A program made the position numbers and the translations under genes. A DNA stretch of 64,000 nt from Paludibacteraceae bacterium (GTDB lineage Bacteria; Bacteroidota; Bacteroidia; Bacteroidales; Paludibacteraceae), in the NCBI GenBank assembly GCA_017508305.1, contig JAFVZF010000119.1, positions 34 to 64,033 on the forward strand, in the 5' to 3' direction. The notes beneath the pieces were generated by a model. That model had not been told where the DNA came from. It was given only the letters and a program-made list of their open reading frames with translations, and made no database searches. Positions 46,895 through 54,278 of this stretch are shown here, piece by piece; positions within the stretch are counted from its first letter, which is position 1; the number at the start of each line of letters is the position of its first letter.

Positions 46895-47030
46895 GAATTA
46901 GTTTATAGGGTGCTTTTTGCGTTGTGCTTGTGCTCAAAATCCTCATTTACGTTTAGTAAACTCCGGTTTTTCGCACTGCGCACGCCTTAAAATCCCACCT
47001 CTAAACATAATTCTTATTAAAATAATCGCA

Positions 47031-47146
47031 TTACTCGGGCTTCGCCCTCGTGATTTTGCTCACGCTCGGCAATGATTAAGCAAGCTTATCATTGCTCTCG
47101 CTTACTCGCAAAATTCACCGCATCACCGAATAACCGCATCACCAAC
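47031..47146. repeat. Complete H-core element (47031-47111) followed by a word array (47112-47146)
   Basis: ttactcgggcttcgccctcgtgattttgctcacgctcggCAATGATTAAGCaaGCTTATCATTGctctcgcttactcgcaa, then aattcaccgcatcaccgaataaccgcatcaccaac. Confidence 0.9.
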
Positions 47147-47180
47147 AAAAAAGGGAGAACCAATTGGTTCTCCCTTTTTT
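47147..47180. terminator. Rho-independent terminator downstream of tsf (bidirectional palindrome)
   Basis: AAAAAAGGGAGAACC-aatt-GGTTCTCCCTTTTTT. Confidence 0.85.
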
Positions 47181-47199
47181 GTTGTATATAGACTACTAA

Positions 47200-48021
47200 T
47201 TAGTCAACGTTCAAAGTTACGCGTTTGAAATCAACTGCTACAAGGTTAGCCGATTGTGCTTTCAAGTAATCTTTTACGCTTACCTTAGCGTCTTTGATAA
47301 ACTCTTGTTCCAACAAAGTAGATTCTTTGTAGAATTTATTCAAGCGACCTTGTGCAATTTTATCCAACATAGCTTCGGGTTTGCCTTCTTGACGAGCTTT
47401 TTCGCGACCAATTTCCAACTCTTGTTCGATGATGTTGGCAGGTACGCTTTCGCGGTTTACAGCGATAGGATTCATTGCAGCTACTTGCATGGCAATTTCG
47501 CGTGCAACTTGGTTGTCAAGGGCTTCGTTGAAGGTTACGATGGTAGCCAATTTGTTGCCCGGGTGGATGTAAGCTACAGTAGCAACACCTTTTACAAACT
47601 CATAGTAGCCCAACTCCATTTTTTCGCCGGTAATACCACTGCGGTCGGTAATCAAGTCGGCAATGCTGCGTCCGTCCAATTGAGCAGCCAAAAGAGCTTC
47701 TTTGCTTTCAATTTGGTTGGCCATAGCAAAGTCCAAAATGCTTTGGGTAAGCGCAATAAAGTCTGCATTTTGAGCCACAAAGTCAGTTTCGCATTGTAGT
47801 GCAACGATAGCGGCAAAGCCGTCTTTTTGTGCTGCCAATACGCAACCTTCTGCAGCTTGGCGATCGCTACGTTTTGCTGCGATAGCTTGACCTTTTTTAC
47901 GAATAATTTCAATTGCTTTGTCAAAATTGCCTTCGGCTTCGGTCAAAGCGTTTTTGCAATCCATCATTCCAGCTCCGGTCATCGAGCGAAGCTTGGAAAT
48001 ATCTGCCATAGTTACTGCCAT
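47200..48021 (-). CDS. tsf: Translation elongation factor Ts
   Basis: 273 aa, starting MAVTMADISKLRSMTGAGMMDCKNALTEAEGNFDKAIEIIRKKG. Confidence 0.96.
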   Translation of the reverse strand: MAVTMADISKLRSMTGAGMMDCKNALTEAEGNFDKAIEIIRKKGQAIAAKRSDRQAAEGCVLAAQKDGFAAIVALQCETDFVAQNADFIALTQSILDFAMANQIESKEALLAAQLDGRSIADLITDRSGITGEKMELGYYEFVKGVATVAYIHPGNKLATIVTFNEALDNQVAREIAMQVAAMNPIAVNRESVPANIIEQELEIGREKARQEGKPEAMLDKIAQGRLNKFYKESTLLEQEFIKDAKVSVKDYLKAQSANLVAVDFKRVTLNVD

Positions 48022-48025
48022 AGTC

Positions 48026-48871
48026 TTATGCTTCTTCTTTTTCTGCTTCCGATAAATATTTTTCTGCTACGTTAGCGTTGATAGCTGCAGCGTCTGCACG
48101 TTTGATGCGAGCGCGACCACCTTTAGCGGTGTTGGTTTTTTTGTCGGCAGCTTCTTTGTTTTCGCTTTCGTTTTCTTTTTCCAACTTGCGTTGATTCAAT
48201 CCTTCTTGGATAGCACCGCAAACGGTGTTAAGAATGATTTCGATCGATTTAGAAGCGTCGTCGTTACCGGGGATAACGAAGTCGATGTTTTTAGGATTCG
48301 AGTTGGTATCAACGATAGCAAATACAGGAATACCCAAACGGTTAGCTTCTTTTACTGCAATGTGCTCTTTCATTACGTCAACTACAAACAAAGCAGCGGG
48401 CAAACGAGTCAAATCGGCAATGCTGCCCAAGTTTTTTTGCAATTTTTCGCGTTGACGAGAGATTTGCAATTTTTCGCGTTTCGACAAGTTTTCGAAAGTA
48501 CCATCGTTAGCCATTTTGTCGATGCTCGACATTTTTTTAACGGCTTTGCGGATGGTGGGGAAGTTGGTTAACATACCACCTGCCCAACGTTCGGTTACGT
48601 AAGGCATGCCCACAGCAGATGCTTTTTCGGCAATGATTTCTTTTGCTTGTTTTTTGGTAGCAACAAACAAGATTTTTTTGCCTTGTTTAGCCAATGCGCC
48701 AAGAGCGTCGGCAGCTTCGTCCAACTTAATTACAGTTTTGTTAAGGTCAATGATGTGGATACCATTGTGCTCCATAAAGATGTAAGGAGCCATAGCAGGG
48801 TTCCATTTGCGGGTCATGTGTCCAAAGTGAACACCTGCGTCTAATAATTCTTGAAAATTAGTTCTAGCCAT
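48026..48871 (-). CDS. rpsB: 30S ribosomal protein S2
   Basis: 281 aa. LLDAGVHFGHMTRKWNPAMAPYIF, with a Lys/Glu-rich C-terminal tail. Confidence 0.96.
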   Translation of the reverse strand: MARTNFQELLDAGVHFGHMTRKWNPAMAPYIFMEHNGIHIIDLNKTVIKLDEAADALGALAKQGKKILFVATKKQAKEIIAEKASAVGMPYVTERWAGGMLTNFPTIRKAVKKMSSIDKMANDGTFENLSKREKLQISRQREKLQKNLGSIADLTRLPAALFVVDVMKEHIAVKEANRLGIPVFAIVDTNSNPKNIDFVIPGNDDASKSIEIILNTVCGAIQEGLNQRKLEKENESENKEAADKKTNTAKGGRARIKRADAAAINANVAEKYLSEAEKEEA

Positions 48872-48920
48872 AATAATAAATTGTTTACATTCTTTTTAAT
48901 CAACCTGTCGGTAGTTTATT

Positions 48921-48960
48921 GTCGCTTCGCTCCGGTGAATCGGTGAATCGGTGATTCGAA
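48921..48960. repeat. Word array (GGTGAATC x2, GGTGATTC) upstream of rpsB
   Basis: gtcgcttcgctccggtgaatcggtgaatcggtgattcgaa. Confidence 0.8.
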
Positions 48961-49047
48961 TTTCCAAATAGCTATACCGAGCAAAAGTCTATAAAATCCG
49001 ATAGGTTTAGATACTAAACAGCTTCCAATAAGGGTAGCAAAAGTGTA

Positions 49048-49434
49048 TTAACGTTTGCTGAATTGGAATCTTTTGCGTGCTTTTGGACGACCTGGTTTTT
49101 TGCGTTCCACTTCGCGTGGGTCGCGGGTCATAAAGCCTTCTGCTTTTAGAGCAGGCTTGTCTTCGGGGTTGATTTTAACCAAGGCACGAGCAATAGCCAA
49201 ACGCAATGCTTCGGCTTGGCCTTTGTAACCACCGCCACACAAGTTTACTTTGATGTCGTATTTTTCTTCAACGCCCAATTTTGCTAAAGGTTGTTTAACA
49301 ATGAATTGAAGAATTCCGGTAGGGAAATAAACCGACAAATCTCTTTTATTGATGGTAATAGTACCCTTTCCTGGGGTTACATAAACGCGAGCAATAGCTG
49401 CTTTTCTTCTACCAATTGCATTTATTACTTCCAT
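49048..49434 (-). CDS. rpsI: 30S ribosomal protein S9
   Basis: 128 aa. GRRKAAIARV...GGGYKGQAEALRLAIARAL...C-terminal KARKRFQFSKR. Confidence 0.96.
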   Translation of the reverse strand: MEVINAIGRRKAAIARVYVTPGKGTITINKRDLSVYFPTGILQFIVKQPLAKLGVEEKYDIKVNLCGGGYKGQAEALRLAIARALVKINPEDKPALKAEGFMTRDPREVERKKPGRPKARKRFQFSKR

Positions 49435-49439
49435 ATCCG

Positions 49440-49895
49440 TTATTTAAGAGCGTTGATATCAATGGTTTTAGGATTTTGAGCGGCTTTGTTGTGTTCTGCA
49501 CCGTCAAATACATATACGTTGTCCAAGATTTTTGCACCAAGACGGTTTTTAGGCAACATGCCTTTCAAAACTTTCTTAAACAAACGTTCTGAGCTTTTTG
49601 CTTGCAAACGAGCAGGGGTCATAACACGTTGACCACCGGGATAGCCGGTATAGCTCAAGTACTCGCGATCGGTCCATTTGTTGCCGGTCAATTTAATTTT
49701 GTCTGCGTTGATAATGATTACATTGTCGCCACAGTCTACGTGAGGAGTAAAGTTAGGTTTGTACTTTCCTCTCGCCAATTTTGCTACTTTCGAGCAAAAA
49801 CGACCCAAGATTTGGTCTGTTGCATCAACAACAACCCACTCTTTGGTAACGGTTGCCTTGTTGGCAGAAACGGTTTTAAAACTTAAAGTATCCAC
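49440..49895 (-). CDS. rplM: 50S ribosomal protein L13 (GTG start)
   Basis: 151 aa. WVVVDATDQILGRFCSKVAKLARGKYKP. The start codon at 49893-49895 is GTG. Confidence 0.95.
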   Translation of the reverse strand: MDTLSFKTVSANKATVTKEWVVVDATDQILGRFCSKVAKLARGKYKPNFTPHVDCGDNVIIINADKIKLTGNKWTDREYLSYTGYPGGQRVMTPARLQAKSSERLFKKVLKGMLPKNRLGAKILDNVYVFDGAEHNKAAQNPKTIDINALK

Positions 49896-50028
49896 AATAA
49901 TTTTTTTTATTCGTTTTACTTGGTGCAGATAATTCCCATCGTCTAAAGGCTAAAAAAGACGTTTTTCGGTCATTATCAGACACTTACACTAAATAGAATA
50001 ATGATCGGACTGCAAAGATACAATAAAT

Positions 50029-50147
50029 AAATGAGAAATGAGAAAGGAGAAAGGAGATTTTTTTATTTTTTTTGTTGAAAGGCAGAAAGTTGCACTCGCT
50101 ACGCAGGTATCGACTCACCGACTCACCGCATCACCGAATCACCAATT
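50029..50147. repeat. Word arrays (GAGAAATG/GAGAAAGG type at 50029-50058; CGACTCAC/CGCATCAC type at 50110-50147)
   Basis: aaatgagaaatgagaaaggagaaaggagatt ... cgactcaccgactcaccgcatcaccgaatcaccaatt. The second array abuts the ispG stop. Confidence 0.85.
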
Positions 50148-51675
50148 ATTTTGCTTCAAACCAATCCCCATTGGCCTTGATAAGTTCGATAAGGCGGTCT
50201 ACGGCTTCTTCTTCGGGAATGTTTTTTTCGATGCAGTTTTGACCCTTGTAGAGGCTTATTTTGCCACGACCGGCACCTACATAGCCATAGTCGGCATCTG
50301 CCATTTCGCCCGGACCGTTTACGATGCATCCCATAATGCCTATTTTTAAGGTAGTAAGGTGCGAGGTTTTGGCTTTGATGCGGGCAATGGCGGTTTGGAT
50401 ATCAAAAAGTGTTCTGCCACAGCTGGGGCAAGAGATGTATTCGGTTTTGCTCATGCGGGCACGTGCAGCCTGCAAAATGCTGTAACCTAATGCTTCTGTG
50501 TCTGCTGCCGAGATGCCCTCTGCCTCGATGCAAATGCCGTCTGCCAACCCATCGATAAAGAAACTGCCCAACTGAGCAGCAGCTGTTAGCTGTAGTTCTT
50601 TGAGCGATAAATCAGTATATTTTCGATAAACGATAACCGGTTGTTTGTTGCCCTCTTGTTGCATCTTGCCAAATAGGTAGCGACCTTGCTCCAATGGATT
50701 GTCGTGGTCTAACACCATTAGCATAACGCCTTGTGGAACCTCTGTGCCCGCATTCCATACCACAGGCAGTGCGCCTCCGCCAATTTCGCCCACGGCAATA
50801 CTGTCGCGGCGGCTGTATTTTTCGCCATTGTACCAATCCATGTTACAGGCAGGCATGGCAGGGGCTTGCATGGCCTTTTCTGCCAAACTAACCAAAGCAC
50901 GAGCCACCGGAATTTCGTTGGCGGGGTCTTCGCTAAGCGACACGCGAATGGTATCGCCTATACCTTCTAATAATAAGGTGCCAATGCCCACTGCCGATTT
51001 GATACGACCGTCTTCGCCCTCGCCGGCTTCGGTAACGCCCAAGTGGATAGGAAAGTTTAGCCCCTCGGCATCCATGCGGCGTACCATTTGGCGTACCGTA
51101 TGTATCATAACACGCGTGTTTGATGCTTTTACCGAAATCACCACGTTATTAAAGTCTTGTTCTTTGCAGATGCGCAGAAACTCCAAGCAGCTTTCGGTCA
51201 TGCCTTCGGGCGTATCGCCGTACTTATCGAGCATCCGAGCACCTAACGAACCATGATTTACGCCAATGCGAATGGCAGTGCCGTGTTCTTTGCAAAGTGT
51301 CAAGAACGGAATAAATTTGGCACGAATCTCCTCGTAGGTTGATGCGTAGTTGCCCGGATTGATGCGTACTTTTTCGATGTGCAAGGCAGCTTCGCTGGCA
51401 GCATTGGGATTAAAATGCACGTCTGCTACCAAAGGAGTATCGTAGCCCTTGGCGCGTAGTGCTGCTTTGATGTTTGCCATGTTGGCAGCTTCTTTTACGC
51501 CTTGTGTGGTAAGGCGAACCAATTCGCCGCCAGCCTCAATTACCTCAATAGCTTGTGCCACGCAGGCATCGGTATCGGTGGTAAAAGTATTTAGCATCGA
51601 TTGTACACGAACGGGGTTGTTGCCACCCATTTGTAGGTTGCCTATTTGTACGGTTTTGGTAAGTCTTCTGTTCAT
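50146..51675 (-). CDS. ispG: 4-hydroxy-3-methylbut-2-en-1-yl diphosphate synthase (flavodoxin), long form with insert domain
   Basis: 509 aa. VQIGNLQMGGNNPVRVQSM, RINPGN, and the C-terminal Fe-S Cys motif CPSCGR...GCIVNGPGE. Confidence 0.95.
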   Translation of the reverse strand: MNRRLTKTVQIGNLQMGGNNPVRVQSMLNTFTTDTDACVAQAIEVIEAGGELVRLTTQGVKEAANMANIKAALRAKGYDTPLVADVHFNPNAASEAALHIEKVRINPGNYASTYEEIRAKFIPFLTLCKEHGTAIRIGVNHGSLGARMLDKYGDTPEGMTESCLEFLRICKEQDFNNVVISVKASNTRVMIHTVRQMVRRMDAEGLNFPIHLGVTEAGEGEDGRIKSAVGIGTLLLEGIGDTIRVSLSEDPANEIPVARALVSLAEKAMQAPAMPACNMDWYNGEKYSRRDSIAVGEIGGGALPVVWNAGTEVPQGVMLMVLDHDNPLEQGRYLFGKMQQEGNKQPVIVYRKYTDLSLKELQLTAAAQLGSFFIDGLADGICIEAEGISAADTEALGYSILQAARARMSKTEYISCPSCGRTLFDIQTAIARIKAKTSHLTTLKIGIMGCIVNGPGEMADADYGYVGAGRGKISLYKGQNCIEKNIPEEEAVDRLIELIKANGDWFEAK

Positions 51676-51860
51676 ATTGTTTAGTTGTTTATTCGGGCTT
51701 TGCCCTCATGAAGTTGCTCACGCTCGGCATAACAAATAAATTTGTTCTGCTCTCGCTTAATCGCAACTTTAGTCGTTTAGTCGTTTGGCGATGAGCTATG
51801 ATTGATATGTTGCACTGCGCAATTGCATCATCGCATCACCGCATCACCGCATAGCCAATT
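51676..51860. repeat. Word array + H-core (51688-51767) + word arrays, filling the spacer and entering the 3' end of the next gene
   Basis: attgtttagttgtttattcgggctttgccctcatgaagttgctcacgctcggcatAACAAAtaaaTTTGTTctgctctcgcttaatcgcaactttagtcgtttagtcgtttgg ... catcgcatcaccgcatcaccgcatagcc. Confidence 0.9.
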
Positions 51861-52751
51861 ATTTAATTTGGTCGATAATTTGGCAGCGCCTTGCCGGTTT
51901 AAGTGGTCGGCATCGTAAAAATCATCGTCGGTAAAGGTACTATCTTTTAAGTAATTTAAATAGGTTACGTGTTCATATTTTTTATCCAACTGCTCGCAAA
52001 TGCGTTGCGTCTTGCCCCACATGGTCGAATCCAATAAGGTGTAGTAGCTTGGATGGGTAGGAGTTGTGAGCAAAATGACGTTGATGCCCTTTTGTTGGCA
52101 GGTTTCGATAATCTGAGTAAGTCGTTGTTGGTTAGGCAGGGTGCTTTGCAGGCTGTTACGGCTGTGGTGAGCAACCGTGTGCATGGCCTCTTGCTTAAAG
52201 TTGGGTTTTTGGTCGCCCCATTGGCGTTTGTAGCCCCAGCCCAACGAGTCGGCAACGGCAAAATTAAGCGGCTTGCCCATTTGTTTGGCAATGCCCAAGT
52301 ATTTTTCTTTGTTGATAAGCTCTAAATGGTAAATGGGGTTAATGGGGTGGTAGGTACAGCCCATATAGATGTGGTATCCCTTTACATGTGCCCAAGCGCC
52401 GCCATCTTCCATCTCGCTAAAAAGCGAAAAGTAAGAAACAGGCAAAATAATGGTTTGCAGGCTGCTGCATTTGTTTATGTATCGATGTAGCAGGTACTGG
52501 TCGTATTGGATGCTTTGCGAGGGAAAACCAAGATTGTAGGTCTTTTTATCAAAACAATCGGGACGAATGCCGTAAAAACCATGCGAAGAACCAAAGGTAA
52601 GCACTTGTACCGAAGGGGCATTTGCCTGCATCCAAGCCTCTTTGTTTCGATAATCGTTGTCGATACTGCGCAAAACCACCTCGATGCCGGTAAGCAACAG
52701 CAACATCGGCAGTATATAGGTAAGCATCGTTTTCAGTAAAAATCGTTTCAT
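51828..52751 (-). CDS. Hypothetical membrane-anchored protein, SGNH/DltD-like; probable partner of the upstream MBOAT acyltransferase
   Basis: 307 aa with an N-terminal TM helix. It has a GSSHGFYG (GDS-like) block and a late DADHLNRQGA (DxxH-like) block. Its start lies 7 nt after the MBOAT stop. Confidence 0.45.
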   Translation of the reverse strand: MKRFLLKTMLTYILPMLLLLTGIEVVLRSIDNDYRNKEAWMQANAPSVQVLTFGSSHGFYGIRPDCFDKKTYNLGFPSQSIQYDQYLLHRYINKCSSLQTIILPVSYFSLFSEMEDGGAWAHVKGYHIYMGCTYHPINPIYHLELINKEKYLGIAKQMGKPLNFAVADSLGWGYKRQWGDQKPNFKQEAMHTVAHHSRNSLQSTLPNQQRLTQIIETCQQKGINVILLTTPTHPSYYTLLDSTMWGKTQRICEQLDKKYEHVTYLNYLKDSTFTDDDFYDADHLNRQGAAKLSTKLNNWLCGDAVMR

Positions 52752-52757
52752 GGCTTT

Positions 52758-54278
52758 TTAGAACTGAAAATAAATAAAGTTTTGCTGTGGTCCCATGTTG
52801 ATGATAATCAAAAGCGATAGGATAAAATAAATGCAGTATCGTACTGCATTGTTATGTATGCCCCTAACGGCAAGTCCGTGGTTTTCTGTGCGGTTAAACC
52901 ATTCCATGCCAATCATTATCAGCAACGGCAAAAAGATAAATACCTTGTTGGTAAGGTAGGGCATGTCCCATAGCTGGGGAGTACACAAACGTTCAAAATA
53001 CAGCAAGGTCATGTCCATGTTGTCCGATCGAAAGATAACCCATCCCACTACAGCCAATAAAAAAGTAATAGTCATCTTTGCTACTTCCGATAGGGAGGGC
53101 CAACATTTTACTGCCTTCAAATCGGTGGCATCCTTTGCCATAGAGCAAGTTGCCACCACATTGGTATATTTTCTGTTTTTCTCCAATAATATAAGCGGTA
53201 AGAATAGCAGGGCATGATAGGTTCCCCACACCAAAAAAGTCCAGTTGGCACCGTGCCAAAAGCCCGACAGTAAAAAGATAGTAAAGGTGTTGCGTACAAT
53301 TATTGCCTTTTTATACAAGGTAGGGTGTGCAGTGCCTTGTGGCAAGTTAGGACGCGAGCCTCCCAAGGGGATGTACACATAGTCCCTAAACCAAGTGGTG
53401 AGTGATATGTGCCATCGGCGCCAAAACTCGGCTATGTCGCGCGAAAAATAGGGCACGTTAAAGTTGCGCATCAGCTTGATGCCAAACAGTTTGCCCAAGC
53501 CGATGGCAATGTCGGAGTAGCCCGAAAAATCGCCATAAATCTGAAACGTAAACAGCACGGCAGCCACTGCCAAGGTGGCGGCATTGTGGCTTTCTATATC
53601 GGCAAAAATAATATCCACGTAATAGGCGCAGTTGTCGGCTACCACCACTTTTTTAAACATGCCCCACAGTATTTGGCGCAAACCATCTACGCCATCGGCA
53701 TAATTAAAACTGCGTTTTTGTAGAAATTGGGGCAGTAGGTTGGTGGCACGTTCAATGGGTCCTGCCACCAATTGTGGGAAAAAACTAAGAAACGCCGTAA
53801 AGGCAAGCAGGTTGGTGGTGGGTGGCAGCTTGCCTTTGTACACGTCTATGCTGTACGACAGTGCCTGAAAGGTGTAAAAACTAATGCCCACGGGCAAGAT
53901 AAGGTGCAACAGGTGTTTTTGGGCATCTATTTGTAGTAGGCTCGCCAATGAACTAACAAAAAAATCGTAGTATTTGTACATGCCCAAAATAAACAAGTTT
54001 ACCAGCACGTTACCCAGCATCCAAGCCTTTTTGTGCCATCTAACTTGGCTACGACCTATGGCAATGCCACTGACATACGAGCAAAGCGTGGTAAAGGCAA
54101 TGAGCAGCAAAAAGCGGGCGTCCCACCACCCATAAAACAGGTAGCTGGCACCTACTACCAACGCATTTTGGCAGACAAGTTGATACTTGCTGCCCCGCAT
54201 GGCATGGCCAAATACCCACCAATACAACGCAAAAACGATGGGCAAGAAAACCAAAAACTCGAACGAATTAAAGAGCAT
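52758..54278 (-). CDS. MBOAT family O-acyltransferase (AlgI/DltB-like)
   Basis: 506 aa and polytopic. NFNVPYFSRDIAEFWRRWHISLTTWFRDYVYIPLGG contains the conserved MBOAT His region. Confidence 0.9.
   Translation of the reverse strand: MLFNSFEFLVFLPIVFALYWWVFGHAMRGSKYQLVCQNALVVGASYLFYGWWDARFLLLIAFTTLCSYVSGIAIGRSQVRWHKKAWMLGNVLVNLFILGMYKYYDFFVSSLASLLQIDAQKHLLHLILPVGISFYTFQALSYSIDVYKGKLPPTTNLLAFTAFLSFFPQLVAGPIERATNLLPQFLQKRSFNYADGVDGLRQILWGMFKKVVVADNCAYYVDIIFADIESHNAATLAVAAVLFTFQIYGDFSGYSDIAIGLGKLFGIKLMRNFNVPYFSRDIAEFWRRWHISLTTWFRDYVYIPLGGSRPNLPQGTAHPTLYKKAIIVRNTFTIFLLSGFWHGANWTFLVWGTYHALLFLPLILLEKNRKYTNVVATCSMAKDATDLKAVKCWPSLSEVAKMTITFLLAVVGWVIFRSDNMDMTLLYFERLCTPQLWDMPYLTNKVFIFLPLLIMIGMEWFNRTENHGLAVRGIHNNAVRYCIYFILSLLIIINMGPQQNFIYFQF

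Noticed and set aside
46907-47000. Possible MITE with ~27-bp imperfect terminal inverted repeats (agggtgctttttgcgttgtgcttgtgc ... gcactgcgcacgccttaaaatcccacct)
   Set aside because: The arms pair only roughly (about two-thirds identity by eye) and I found no second copy in the window. That is not enough to call a mobile element.
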